Below, one piece after another: positions 37,863 to 51,225 of a stretch of DNA of 64,000 bases. Position numbers and translations under genes: made by a program. The DNA is from Podarcis melisellensis. Lineage: Eukaryota. The DNA is taken from the NCBI GenBank assembly GCA_964234715.1, contig OZ174283.1, one strand, 5' to 3'. How positions within the stretch are numbered: the first letter of the stretch is position 1; each line of letters starts with the position of its first letter. A model generated the notes under the pieces. It ran no database searches, was not told the DNA's origin, and worked only from the letters and a program-made list of their open reading frames with translations.

Positions 37863-38114
37863 GAGCATGCCAGCTCTGCTCGCCACTCCAATTATGGTCC
37901 TGGTTGCCCTTCATGAGTTGGAGGGTAACTATCTGAATCCAGGAGCCTTGGCTACTCATGAAGGCTCCCCACATGAAATAGAGCCCCAGAAAAGTATGGT
38001 TCTTCATCATGTGGGGAACTCCATTTCAGACAATCCATACATGTTTATTTAAAATAATTCTACATGGATTTGCTTGAACAAATAATAAACAAGCAAATGA
38101 GCGTCAGAGCTCTT

Positions 38115-38357
38115 CAGTGTGGTGTAGTGGTTAAGAGCAGTAGTTTCGTAATCTGGGGAACTGGGTTCGCGTCTCTGCTCCTCCACATGCAGCTGCTGGC
38201 TGACCTTGGGCCAGTCACACTTCTTTGAAGTCTCTCAGCCCCACTCACCTCACAGAGTGTTTGTTGTGGGGGAGGAAAGGAAAGGAGAATGTTAGCCGCT
38301 TTGTGACTCCTTAGGGTAGTGATAAAGCAGGATATCAAAGCCAAACTCTTCTTCTTC
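38115..38357 (+). mobile_element. tRNA-derived SINE, Squam3-like
   Basis: Highly similar to 16608-16860; tcttcagt present at both ends. Confidence 0.88.
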
Positions 38358-38683
38358 AGTACTCTGTTGACATTGCTTAGACAACTTCACATTGCAATGC
38401 GTATCAGAGGCCTGTCAGAAGATGCAATATATATAAAAATATAAAAAATAAAAAATAAAAAATAAAAGACAAAATCCTGCTCCCTGCACCAAGGGATTAT
38501 TGGGGGGGACAACGGCTAAATCTCTGCTACTTCCCTCATCAAAAAGCCCCTAGACTTACTTATCTGTAATCTGGCAGGTTAATCTACTTTGGAGCAACTC
38601 TTGTGTCTGTAAATTTGACCTGCATTGTCAAAAAGGAGGGAGGAGAGAGCAAGCAATTAATTTTTTTCCATTATAGTAAAAAG

Positions 38684-38920
38684 CAGGGGACTTGGGCCCC
38701 AGGCTATGGGTGCCCAATGCGCATGACATCATGATGTCACACATGCCCCCCCACCCCCGGCCTCAGAACCTGACTTCCAGTACCACCGGAAGTCAGGTTC
38801 CAAGGTCTTGCAAGGCCTCAAAGTTGACTTCCAGTGCTTTGCGAGGCACCAGAAGTTGCATTAGGGGCCCTGTGGTGTGGGTGCTTGGGCACCCAGAGCC
38901 CCCTATAGTTGGTGCCCCTG
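38684..38920. mobile_element. hAT-type MITE
   Basis: cagggg / cccctg termini, internal gggtgcccaa / ttgggcaccc inverted motifs, TSD gtaaaaag / gtaaagag. Confidence 0.75.
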
Positions 38921-39901
38921 GTAAAGAGGGACAACAGCCCTTCGTTTTATGCAGAGCACATCAGAGCCTGAAACCCAGACTGAAGCAGAAAGTGACTCAG
39001 AAACAAATCCACATTTAAAAAAATGTACAGATACAGGATAAATCTTAGGTCTGGTGCACATCACTAGTAAATGTATCCCTTCAAGAGCAAAAATAAGACA
39101 TTCTCTGAAAAGTGTCATCAAGCCCGATGGGTCAGTTCTGAATACACTAGCGCTGTCTTTGTAGCTGGCGCAATAGTTGAAGGTATCATATTCCAGCTCT
39201 CTTGTCCAAATACTTTCATTTGAATAGCTTTAGCTGCAGAGGTACCTTTGCTGGTTTTAATTAGATACACACACAATTTAAGACCAGATACCACTACTAT
39301 TTACTATCAAGGAAGATGGCCTGAGGCATTTCTCGGTCCTCTACTATTTCCCTAGTGTATTTCCACCTCCCCCTTTCTGGTTGAGAAAACAATACGTAGC
39401 ATCCAGAAAAAATATGCATGAAAAACCTGTGCCTAGAAACTGTCATAGTTACATTGCTGCAAATTGTACTGATAAAAACAAACAATCTTGATTTGATTAT
39501 GTGTGTGTTCTTTGGTATGCGCAGGACTGGAGCTGTATATGAATTCAAGATTAATCCTGAACCAAAATCTTCAGCTAGGATTTTGAGGGAGGGGAGTGTC
39601 AAAAAATAGAAAGCCCTCAAAGATTAAGGGGTAGGTAAATTTCACCAAACTTTTCAGTGACTGTGCATTTGGAGTGGAAGGGTTTGACCTACTTTACTTA
39701 AAGAAGATAACCCTGCTTATTAATTTTGAAAGATCAAACCTGATGGAGCCACCGCGGGAGCTTGGGAGATCCTCAAAGGCCATGTAGTCCCCCCAGTGAT
39801 ACAGGAAAGGAAGTAAGCAGGTGCAAAGTGCGCCAGAACCTACCAGCCCTGCTGCATTTCCTGTTGGGGATGGGCCATAATATCTTTCAGTGCACCTAGT
39901 A

Positions 39902-40278
39902 AAAGAAAGATAAAGGACCCCTGTACGGTTAAGTCCAGTCAAAGGCGACTATGGGGTTGCAGCGCTCATCTCGCTTTCAGGCCAAGGGAGCCGGCGTTTG
40001 TCCACAGACAGCTTACCAGATCATGTGGCCAGCATAACTAAACCATTTCTGGAGCAACGGAACACTGTAATGGAAAATAGAGTGCATGGAAATGCCATTT
40101 ACCTTCCCACCACAATGATACCTATTTATCTACTTGGACTGGTGTGCTTTCGAACTGCTAGGTTGGCAGGAGCTGTGACAGAGCAACGGGAGCTCATTCG
40201 GTCGCAGGGATTCGAATCAATGATCTTCTGTTCTGCAAGCCCAAGAGGCTCAGTGATTTAGACCACAGCGCTACCTGC
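39902..40278 (-). mobile_element. Sauria SINE (variant subfamily)
   Basis: ggacccctgtacggttaagtccagtc tail variant, TSD gcacctagta / gcacatagta. Confidence 0.93.
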
Positions 40279-41300
40279 GCACATAGTAGTAACCCTTCCA
40301 GGTTATATGAGGCTTCCCCCTCCCACCCCCAAAGTTAAAAAAAATAGGATGGTAGGACCCTGACACTTCATTTAAGTAAGGAAATCCAAACCTCCTCCGA
40401 AAAGGAAAACCTCCACAAACACAGGGTGTCCCTGCATTACACAGTTGCCCTCCACAAGTTGAGGAAGATGGATATGACAAAAGAGGGAGCAGACCTAACA
40501 TACTCATTCCCACCCCCTCTCACCTATGTTTTTTTATGCTTCGTGGTTCTGCCTGCTTAAGACTTCTGTTTTCACCCATTCGGTGTTTGAGCATCACTGC
40601 TGAATGTGCCACTGGGGAGTCTGTTGAAAACGATACCTGCATGGTGAGCTCTCTGTCCCAGTTCAATGACAGGTAAAAGGCAAGGGCAGCTTGACAGAAA
40701 AGAAATAAGCTTTCTGCCGTCCTTGATAGCATTATAAAGACACCAGCAATGTGTTCATTTCCACTGGCAATGTCTTTCAGAAATTTACCAGCTTTCTAGA
40801 GGCTCAAGGAATAGTTCTGAATGTGTTCTTTGTTTAAATATGGCACAGCCTATTCTCCGTTTGCATCATGCTTTGTATATAGAACTGTCAAATGACAGTG
40901 TGCACCAGCTCCACAGAAAACACATCTTGCAGTGGACGGTGATGTAAAATGTCTGAGTGGAATCCATGCCATTAGCTTGCAACGTCAAGCATTAATTGGA
41001 AACACACTGGCAAGGCTTCCAGCCTGCAGATGTTTTGCAAGAAAAAATAAATGAAACTATTAAAATATGAAATCCATGGATTTCCCTGTGTGGTGTTCTG
41101 ATTTTGTTGCTCTGTGAGATCTTTTTAACACACACACACATACACAGAATGACATTTAAATGAAAAAATGGTTCTATTTGTATGAGACTTATTTGTTTTC
41201 CAGCTTCTTTTCAGAGTGCTGAAGCTTGTGCTGATTACCTCCAAACTCTTTTTTCACTGGTTTTCTGCTGGTGAGTGGGGATCCACAAAGAGCTCAAGTG

Positions 41301-41657
41301 GGTAAAGGTAAAGGACCCCTGGACCGTTAAGTCCAGTCAAAGGCAACTATGGGGTTGTGGTGCTCATCTCACTTTCAGGCCAAGGGAACCGCCGTTTGTC
41401 CACAGACAGCTAAACCGCTTCTGGAGCAACGGAACTCTGTGATGGAAACCAGAGTGCACGGAAACGCCGTTTACCTTTCCACCACAGTGGTACCTATTTA
41501 TCTACTTGCACTTTGATGTGTTTTCGAACTGCTAGGTTGGCAGAAGCTGGGACAAAGCAAGGGGAGCTCACCCCATCACGGGGATTCAAACCGCTGACCT
41601 TCTGATCGGCAAGCCCAAGAGGCTCAGTGGTTTAGACCACTGTACCACCCGCGTCCC
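41301..41657 (-). mobile_element. Sauria SINE (variant subfamily)
   Basis: Same subfamily as 39902. TSD aagtgggtaaa (41296-41306, 41662-41672) overlaps the tail. Confidence 0.94.
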
Positions 41658-43380
41658 ATTAAAGTGGGTAAACTACAGCAGCACTACCATGGTACAAATA
41701 TGTGGCAAAGCACTTAAGAAATGGATCTTCAAAGGCATGTTTGAGTTCCAGGTGGAACAGCAGAGACGCCCCTGTGTCAGTGCTCCTTTTCACCAATGCA
41801 CAATGCATCCATCAACAATGGGAGCAGGGCAGGATTCAGATTGTACATTTTGTGCCTTAAATCCTGCAGAGATTTTACTTTTTTTAAAAAAGCTCTTCAC
41901 TGCCTGATTCACAGGACACCAGATGCAAAGCTGACAGCTGAGGCAGACTTTCCCTTATTGAACGCTCTTATTATTAGTTATTGATTTACTTGTAAGAAAC
42001 TGCAAAGAACAAGAAAAAGACATTGTCTAAGGCCACATAGTGAGCTTTGACAGATGAAACAGTCTGTGCTCATGACCCCATGGATATGATTCACAACAAC
42101 ACAACTTTTGCTTTCATGCATATGGAACAGGTGTCAAATTCTCATTCTGTACAGCATATTGGCTATTTATATCCTCCCTTTCACAGGTTTCTCATCTCCC
42201 TTACTTAGGAGTCTGCAGTCTTATATTTATTTTATCAGTTAATTCTGCAGATATTGTATAACCTTGGCTGTTCTCCAAAAAAGAAGAAAGATCATATAGC
42301 TGATGCGATACCATGTAGAGATTAGTGAAAGCACCACATTTCTGGCAGGAATAAGCACTGATTGAACGATCTGGTATGAATCTGTCAATCCTTTGCAATG
42401 CCTGAAGTAGAGGCAAACAGTAGGAAATTGCAATACAGAACAGCAGAGCATTCTGATTTAATTGTCAAATATTTGGGCCAGAAGAGGTGTGAGGTGGGCC
42501 ATGCGATGATAAGAGTGGCCCTGTTCTGCTGAGCCTACCCAGAAAGAAAAGTTTTTCAAGCTTTGCCTTGCTTTAAGGAAGGCAGGATCCTCAAATGGTA
42601 TGTGAGGAATTATTTGTCAGGATGGGGGTGAACACAAGGGATCCCATATATCCAGGCTTAGCCAGTTTAAGCCTTGAACTACTGATAATCAGCTGATAAA
42701 AAAGGTCAGAAGAAAACAGCATTATTTCTTCTTGAAATACTGGGTCTACTTCACTCATCTATGGTCAACTGACATCCAAAGCAAGCGCTAGGAAACTGAA
42801 CTGCCCCAGAACTTAATGAGGATAATGTTAGCCAAGAAATCACACACACACACACACACACACGTATCACAAGCACACACAGTAGGTAAAAAATTATGCT
42901 TACATTCTGTACCAACAATGGTATACAGAAAATAAAGCTATCAGTGATGGAATCTATGAATTCTCGATAGAAAATATTCTTCGGAAGATATGACTGTGTA
43001 TATCTACAGTTTGATATGCCTCAACAACAGTGAGTGTGGCCGCCCCACACTCTCACAAGCATACTCTTGTACAGCCACAGGCACTCTCTCCTCAGATAAT
43101 CCATCCCTACCCCAGCACCAAAATCGCATGCCATGAAAAATCCTATGTGCAAGACTAACTATATACACACAGAGACAATACACGGGATGGTGCATGAGGT
43201 CACTTCTGCAAGCCATGCCTGTTCAAACAACATATGACCTTGTTTCAATCTTTTGACAAATGGTTGCTGAAGCACTTACTCAGGAGCATGGCTCTATACA
43301 ATTCAATAATTATGAATTATTTTTATTTCTAAAATTAAGAGGTGACTATTATAACTTTTCTTACAAATGCAGAAGAGAAG

Positions 43381-43425
43381 TGAGGAGAAGGAGAAGGAGA
43401 AGGAGAAGGAGAAAGAGAAGGAGGA
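43381..43425. repeat. (AGGAGA)n simple repeat
   Basis: Directly visible. Confidence 0.9.
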
Positions 43426-45298
43426 GCACAGCCTTCCTTTAAGGAGAGCTAAAATGGACCATTATATGCCATTAAAACCACAATACAAAATGTCACATGC
43501 ACTCAGTTTTGGATTAAACATACAAAGCTAATCCTGTTATGCTCCAATGCTGGAAAAGTTTGGGGACGGTCCTGAATCCTGACATGCCAAACTTGATAAA
43601 AGTAAGGGTAAATGCAGAAAACACATATCAGGACAAATTTAGGCAGATTGCTGGGTCTTTTTAGGACTGCCTAGGAGTGTAGACTGGGGATTTGCTGAAA
43701 GTTAACCTGAAAATAAATTTATTTTCAACCACTAAACCAGTATCTGGCAGAGGGAGTGCACCTTTGCATGTTTTCCTTGGGTGTATCTCAGCACATTTGT
43801 GTTTCAGGTTTGTGCCACGACCTGTATATTGCACAATTGCAGGGGAGTCTGGAAATCCCTTGAAGAGCTGCCTTTCAAATTTAAAGCATCAATCTCCCTT
43901 ATGCCACAGGGTTTGTTTAAGCCATTTGCTCTGTTTTACATCCCGCTAATACCTAGAGTCAAGATACCTGAATAGTGATTTGGGAGCAACTTCTGTAGTT
44001 GCCGCCCTTGCGCAACACTATAGCGTGTTTCACAAACGGAATATGTCTTGCATGCCGCTACCAATGCCAAATCATGATGCAGAAGTGCTATTACTCTGCC
44101 AAGTGGACACATGTTATATTTTTATGGGAATGCATTCTAATTTGCTCAGTAAAATCCCTTGCATAAGGAACCAAATACAGCACCAGTAGACTTCACAATA
44201 ACAAATTTGGAGGATGTTTCATGAATTGCTTTGTGCTGGTTTTGGTCATCTGTTTCAGAGAATGAAAGATGTGGAGTTGGCGAAGCAGCTTTTCTGAAAG
44301 TAGTGGAGGCTCAAGCTAGGGTGGATACATCCATGTAGACATCACCCTTCACTTCCCTCTGCAACCTCTCTTAACCATGTCATGACCTCATGGCATCTGC
44401 ATTTCCCTGCTTCGTATCATTGGCTGCTGCTGTCACGACATGGATAAGTAACACTGGAACTTACAGAGGCAAGAATATACCGGGTACATATGGCTTCCAT
44501 TTTCAGCAGCATTTGGATGATTCAGGGCCTGTTTAGTTTGGGCCTAACTCAGCCCTGAACACACTTTATGAGCTTCTCCATTAGTGTGTCCATCTTCCCA
44601 CCCACCTACCCACCCGCCAACAAATACCAGCTCCCTCTCCCCCCCTTCCTCTTCCCAGAAAGAACACCGCAAAAAGAACCCAAGGCACCACATGCACCAC
44701 AAATTCATTCAGCTGCCTTGCTTTCTTTCCAAATTACAAGCCCTCTATCCCACTCCTGGCTATTGTTTTATAAGGCCTTAAGGGCACATGATTTGACACA
44801 ACTACCACTATTCAAGATCCTCCATGATCTCCCTGTCAGAGGTCCCATGCACACCATGTAATTCAAGCACTCTTGTGCCACTTTAGCATCATAGTTTCTC
44901 CCAAAGAATCCTGGGAACTGTAGTTTGTTAAGGGTGTTGGGAATTTTATCTCTGTAAGGCGTTGCAGTTGGTAATCCTGAGCTGCTTTTAGAAGAAAAAC
45001 ACCCCCAGAAGTTCTAAGCACAGACCTCCTACATACGCCTTGGCCCTTCCAAAACTTAGAGCATTAGCATGACAAATGGTTCTGACACATAAAGGTGGGC
45101 CCACCAGAGTGCTGGGTTTGGCCAGACTCTCCACCATATGTCTATGTGGTTGAAAATGATGGCTGCTGTTTCATATTAAGCTGATCAGTCCTGTACCAGT
45201 GCCAACCCAGGCTGCTGTGCCGATATGGTGTTGTAGGTACCAGCACGGTATAGCAGGTCATCTTTTGGGCTGGTACAGTTGCCAGACCCTGTTCCACC

Positions 45299-45828
45299 TA
45301 GAGATGGGAGCAGGAGAGAGAAATATGGATCGTAACCTGCACTTCCCACAACAACACACAGATGGAAATACATCTGTCTTTTGAAATTTGTATTTCTCTG
45401 AATTCTGCAGTGCAGTTTTCCAACCCCAAAAATGTGTATAACAACAGCATCTTAGGGTAGGGCTGGCATTCATCTGGGATTTGAAAGGCAGAATTAACAT
45501 CAGGGGGAATTTCCTAAAGGTGGCACTTTGTCCTGGTTCTTAGACAAGACTATTGGGGTATCCTGGTTTTTACTTTTTTAAATATGGCAGCTCTATCTTT
45601 GGGCAATATGTGCATAGAAGTGCATATACTATAGAAAAAGAAATATTTTGCTGCAAAAATGTGTGCATTAGACAAATTTCCTTAGGTGAAACGTGAACTG
45701 AAATGGTTTTATTTGGTTTTTGTGTGAGGCCTTTTTTAAAAAATGCAAGCTGATTAAGGAATGTGGAGAACTGATTGGAAAAAAGTCTGAAACAGATAGA
45801 AACCAAAATTGACAGTCACCCATCCCTT
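45299..45828. mobile_element. TAGGGATGGG-type hAT MITE containing a nested MITE
   Basis: tagagatggg / cccatccctt termini, TSD gttccacc / gtcccaca, homologous to 159-557. Confidence 0.7.
45458..45595. mobile_element. Nested hAT-type MITE (TAGGGCTG termini)
   Basis: tagggctggca / tggcagctcta, TSD tcttaggg / tctttggg. Confidence 0.7.
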
Positions 45829-46193
45829 GTCCCACATGGTTATTTCCAGACCCAGCAAGGCAAGATTTTGGGTACCGTACATTGATTAACTCCCCTCTTT
45901 TACCAGCTAGAAGACTCTTGCCTTTGTTTACTTTCAGCCCCAAATGTCCTAGCAAGGAAATGAAGAAGTCAAGATCATAGGAGCTTTTAAAAAATCACCT
46001 ACACCTACCTGATTAAAAAGGTGTGACAGCTTTCTTTGCAGTGGTCTGTGTCTATGTCAGGGCTTATCTGGTCATTATTTACATCGTCCTAAGCTACGTG
46101 GTGAGGATCATCATTCACTGATTGGGTGGGGAAGATGCCTTTGAAAAAGAACTAGTATGCTGTCTGGACCACAAATTATGTACTGCTACGCTA

Positions 46194-46200
46194 ACACACA

Positions 46201-46273
<73 letters not shown>
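46194..46273. repeat. (CA)(CT)n(CA)n microsatellite
   Basis: Directly visible. Confidence 0.97.
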
Positions 46274-46274
<1 letters not shown>

Positions 46275-46893
46275 TCCTAATGTCAGACAAGAAGAACTTG
46301 GATCATAAATCCTCTGTCCTTAACCGTTATTCTTCTCAGATGGTTTAGATTAGAATAGCTGTTGCATGAAAATTAGCTGCAGCTTGTTGGTATGTGGAGG
46401 AAGGTTTGTGTGGGTGATGGCTCCCCAAGGTGACGGCTCATTTCAAAATTTACTAATGTGGTCAGGTGGCCTGGCTCATGCCATTCCACAGAGCAATTCA
46501 AGTCACAGATGCTACTTGCAAACAATTCAGAAACAAAACTAAAAAAGCATGTTTTATGTGGTCGAGGGATACAGGGCCCTGCTTAGAAGATCATTGTTCC
46601 ATGCTTTTTTAGCTTAACACATGGATCAGTTTTGGCTCCCTGTTTTGTTGAGAGTGACAAAATACCTTTTGATAAGTATGTCCCATTATGTGGGCCGCAG
46701 AACAAATAACATACCAAACTAGGGCAATGTACCACTATTTCAGAACCATTTGTTTCAAGTTATGTGGGAGTTGTCATTTTATTTGCATACAGATGTGCAC
46801 ATCAGGGTCATTTTTGTAAGGGGCACAGAAAGCAGTAGGTATTAGTTCTCCCATATGCTAATAACAAAGACAGGAACAGAGAGACAGACAGAT

Positions 46894-46896
<3 letters not shown>

Positions 46897-46936
<40 letters not shown>

Positions 46937-46954
46937 CATATATATATATATATA
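46897..46954. repeat. (AC)n plus (AT)n microsatellite
   Basis: Directly visible. Confidence 0.95.
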
Positions 46955-47226
46955 CACCATGCCAATCTCCAAATGGTGCAAAATTCCAGGGGTTCCAGGC
47001 ACTTATGTAGCATCCGTGTTTCCTTTTGGAAATCAGGCACAGTGGAAACTGTGGTGTCTTTATGATATATGGTTTATTTACACATGTGCCCAACCTGAGC
47101 CTACGATAGAGGGGTTCACATCATTAACACTCCAAGAGGGTGTTACTTCCTCCATAGGCACAGCTTAAGATCCAAGCAGAGATCTAACATCGTACTCTAC
47201 CTACTTCTGTGAGTCTTGGTCAGATA

Positions 47227-47363
47227 AGGGATGGGGCACATGTGGCCTTCCAGAGGTTATTGGACTCCAGCTCCACAGCCTGAATGGTCGATGGCCAGAG
47301 ATTATAGTACCAACACCTGTAGTTGAACAGCATCTGAATGGCCACACACTCCCTGTCCCCCAT
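47227..47363. mobile_element. Short hAT-type MITE, degraded
   Basis: tgtggccttccagag..ggactccagctcc ... cagcatctgaatggccaca; same family as 21311. Confidence 0.55.
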
Positions 47364-47552
47364 GTAGACAGGAATAATGGCACACAAGGAAGATGCTGCT
47401 GGCAGTGTATAACAACAGCCTTTATTTCCACACCCCTAAATATCAGAATCCTAAGGCACAAATCAGTGACTTATGAATTCATAACCTGAACTATTTGCAT
47501 GTTGTCATAACCATAAACTGATGGAGCTATCAGTTTATTTTGCATGTAACAG

Positions 47553-47707
47553 NNNNNNNNNNNNNNNNNNNNNNNNNNNNNNNNNNNNNNNNNNNNNNNN
47601 NNNNNNNNNNNNNNNNNNNNNNNNNNNNNNNNNNNNNNNNNNNNNNNNNNNNNNNNNNNNNNNNNNNNNNNNNNNNNNNNNNNNNNNNNNNNNNNNNNNN
47701 NNNNNNN
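47553..47707. other. Assembly gap
   Basis: N run. Confidence 1.
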
Positions 47708-48515
47708 ACAGTTGCCACCCCCCAATAATTCACACTTCACACATCAATTTTTGTTTGGGTTTTTGGCATAATTTTGGCCACAACTTTATTCACATACAAA
47801 ATCTGTGAGTGGTTGCTTAGGCATTGGTTATGACTATCTGTCCATGCCCTCAGGGACAGAGCTGGCATTCCGGACACCAGCGGAAGCCAGAGGCATTCCG
47901 GACACCAGCGGAAGCCTTAGTGGGAAACAAATATTGGGTGAGCAAATGAAGCTGGGCATCAGTCCCTCACTACTCACCCTCATGTTCCTTTGGGGCTTGC
48001 ACGGCCCAAGTCCGATGCCAGGGACAAGGACGAAAAGAATGGCAAGCCCCTGGATTCCTTTAACGGAATTCCCTTCGCATCATTTGGAGGGGTAGGCACT
48101 TACCCCTCCAAGAACCACCTTAACCAATGCCTAACCGCCAACCTTACAAGTTGTGACGATTTGCTACGCAGTAGGCGAAAACCAATGGCACAAGCCAATC
48201 AGCCAATGGCAAAATTCCTACTGTGCCCCTGCACCAAGGCAGACGACACCATGACAGGCATAGCAAGGTCAAGCGATCAGGAAAAACCTCCTATTAAAGG
48301 GAGGGAGGGCGGGTGATCCGAAAGCAAACGGCCAAGAGGAAGTCCAACCCCTGGCTCCCCATATTTATAGACTCTAACCCCTCCTCTGAATTTGGCAACA
48401 TACAGAACTCCCCAGCAACCCAATATTAACCCTTTAGCAGGCTCGGGTTTTTCCTCAAATCTGCCTAGTCATGGCAAGGTGGCATGTTTCCCCAACCGCA
48501 ACCCGTGCTCTCTGG
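47708..48515 (-). mobile_element. Probable LTR/DIRS-type retroelement terminal region between two gaps
   Basis: CpG-richer block. The minus strand has TATAAAT (48363-48369) upstream of AATAAA (47785-47790). 28-bp-period duplication at 47864-47916. tgtaacag just before the first gap could be a TG terminus. Confidence 0.4.
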
Positions 48516-48732
48516 NNNNNNNNNNNNNNNNNNNNNNNNNNNNNNNNNNNNNNNNNNNNNNNNNNNNNNNNNNNNNNNNNNNNNNNNNNNNNNNNNNNNN
48601 NNNNNNNNNNNNNNNNNNNNNNNNNNNNNNNNNNNNNNNNNNNNNNNNNNNNNNNNNNNNNNNNNNNNNNNNNNNNNNNNNNNNNNNNNNNNNNNNNNNN
48701 NNNNNNNNNNNNNNNNNNNNNNNNNNNNNNNN
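48516..48732. other. Assembly gap
   Basis: N run. Confidence 1.
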
Positions 48733-49414
48733 TAAATTACTTAGAATGCTCTTGTACTTCCTTCTTATCACTCAACACTATGCTGTATTAGTTAAATGTA
48801 CGGCACATAACTTCAGAAATTTATTCCCTGGCATTTGCAGGAACGCATTTGCAGTAGTCTGATTATGCGAAAAAAGGGGAGGGGGGAAAACCGAAGAGAG
48901 TATACTTTGCCAACATTTTCTTTGGTCACTGCTACTGATTTCTCATTTCTTATGCCAGTGTGATTGAACAATAAGATAATTTCATTCCCTGAAAATATTG
49001 CCTCAGGACTTCCAGGTTATGGCAATAACAATCTAATATCTACTTGAGTAACAATGTTAGGGGAAGCAATAAAGCCAAAAATTGCCCACACAATTATTAA
49101 CATGCATTATATATAAATTGGGGGTGACGTGATTCAACGCCAAATTCAACAAAATTCATGAGCCATAAAAACAGATCTCAGGAAAAGCTCTTGCAAGCTC
49201 CTATTAAAATATAGCGTGACTACAAATATTTATCAATTACTTTGCACTAAAGCTTGGCAAGGATGCTGAGAAAATGATCTAGCAGAAGTTTATGTATCTC
49301 CATGCTGGAATATGGAATGGAAAAATCTGCAATATGGTTTAATGCCTTCATTCTTTACAATGAAACCTTCAGTTCACACTTATATTTCAGGTTGTTGTTT
49401 TTTTCGTATCACTA

Positions 49415-50734
49415 ATACTACACTTATGCAGGAACAGCCAGCTGCACAAATATAAGATGGGGGACACCTGGATTGCCAGAAGTACAGGTGAAAAGGATCT
49501 AGGGGTCTTGGTAGACCACAAGCTTAACAGGAGTCAAGCATGTGATGCAGCAGCAAAAAGAGCTAATGCTATTCTATGCTGCATCAATGTAAGCATTGTT
49601 ACACCAAGCATTGTTACCGCCCGCCCCCCAAGATTCCAGGGGTCGCAGGCGCTCACCCATGCTCATGTTTCTGTTATGAATTCCAAGCATGGCAGAGGCT
49701 GTAGAGTTTTAAGATATATGGTTTATTTTACATTTACATACTTGAGAGGAAGAGAGTTCACAACATTACATCTCCAGAGTGCCTCTCCTTGCTTCTCTCC
49801 TACTTTCAGCCCGCTTGAGCCCAGAGCAGCCAGCCTTGCTTCCCAGTCTCTGGGCTGTGGGCTCTCCAGTTAGCAGCCAAGATGGTTCTGGCCCTCTAAC
49901 CTGTGCCTGGAGTTCTGGCCTGGACTGCCTTTCTTCTTCCCAGCACACCATTCAAAACGCAGCCTCCCCACTTTGGCCCCAGCTACTGCAAGTGTGGTCC
50001 AAAAAGCCCTAAATCGTCCTGCGACATCATACCCAGGCAACCTTCCAAATCTTCTCTCTCTGTCCACTCCTCAGAGCACTGGGAAAGGACAGCTCTTTTG
50101 CATTGCCAATGGCCCTTAATGGCCCAGTATTATTGCTTAATGGCCCTGCACTTAGCTAGCCCAGCCAGGCTGTTTTGCATGGGCTAACCCAGAAATTCCT
50201 CTGCAGCTTGTATTTCCCCCTCAATATTTCAAATATTATCTAAATACTGCTATTTATTAATTTCTGCTATTCACTAATAGACTCTGGGACCCTAAATCTG
50301 TATCAGTGTCATGTGCTGATCAAGGGGAGACTCTATTCTGCCTTGGTCAGACCACCCACCTGGAGAACTGTGTCCAGTTCTGGGAACCATAATTCTAGAT
50401 TGATACTGAGAAGCTGGAATGTGTGTGCAGAGAGGGGCCAAGATGATAAAGGATCTGGAAACCAAGCCTTATGAGGAACAGCTGAGGGAGTTGAGTATGT
50501 TTAGCCTGGAAAAGAGGCAAATGAGAGGTGATGTAATAGCCACTTTCAAATATCTGACGGGCTGTCACATGGAAGATGGAGCAAGCTTGTTTTCTCCTGC
50601 TCCAGAGGGTAGGAAGGATCGTTGGAGGTTTCTAAGCAGAGGTTGGATGGCCATTTGTCATGTATGATCTAGTTGAGATTCCTACATTGCAGGGGGTTGG
50701 ACTAGGTTACTTCCCAACTCTACGATTCACGATC
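49415..50734 (+). mobile_element. CR1 LINE ORF2 3' part and tail, split by a ~700-bp insert
   Basis: HKYKMGDTW..EKDLGVLVDHKLN.SQ.CDAAAKRANAILCCIN [insert] LYSALVRP..CVQFW..QRGAKMIKDLE..YEEQLRELSMFSLEKR..RGD; tail ggggttggactag..ccaactctacgattc. Confidence 0.92.
49612..50305 (-). mobile_element. Insertion within CR1, probable solo LTR
   Basis: Interrupts the CR1 frame. tgttac...gtatca ends (TG..CA), minus-strand AATAAA (tttatt at ~49723). No clean TSD. Confidence 0.5.
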
Positions 50735-50746
50735 CACTGATTAAGC

Positions 50747-51225
50747 CAGGGGTCTGCAACCTTTAAGACAAAAAGAGCCACTTGGACCCGTTTCCGAAGA
50801 AAAAAAAACTGGGAGCCGCAAAACTCATCATTATAAAAATAACTTTTTTATTATTTCTTTGTTTGACCCCTCAGAATTCCTCCTCATAGAAATAAACGTT
50901 AAATTAACAAGTTACCTTTTTGTGTGTGTGTGTTCTTCACTCCCCTTCAAAACAGTGACCAGCGTACATGCCCCCTTTCAATGCAGTGACCAGCATACAT
51001 GCCCCTTACAATGTAGCGGGCGGGCGGGAAGGTGACGTCAGGACGGTGCGTGACTAATGCACGCACCGCCCCAATGCGACTTCACAGCCAGTACAGCGCC
51101 CGCCACAGTGGAGAGTGTCGGGGCGCACAATGCGCCTCCTCCCCTCGCTAGTATCTGCCCCGGAGCCGCAGCAAAGGTGTAAAAGAGCCACATGCAGCTC
51201 CGGAGCCGCGGGTTGCAGACCCCTG
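50747..51225. mobile_element. Young hAT-type non-autonomous element
   Basis: Perfect 15-bp TIRs caggggtctgcaacc / ggttgcagacccctg, perfect 8-bp TSD gattaagc, aaaagagccac at both ends, CpG retained. Confidence 0.95.
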
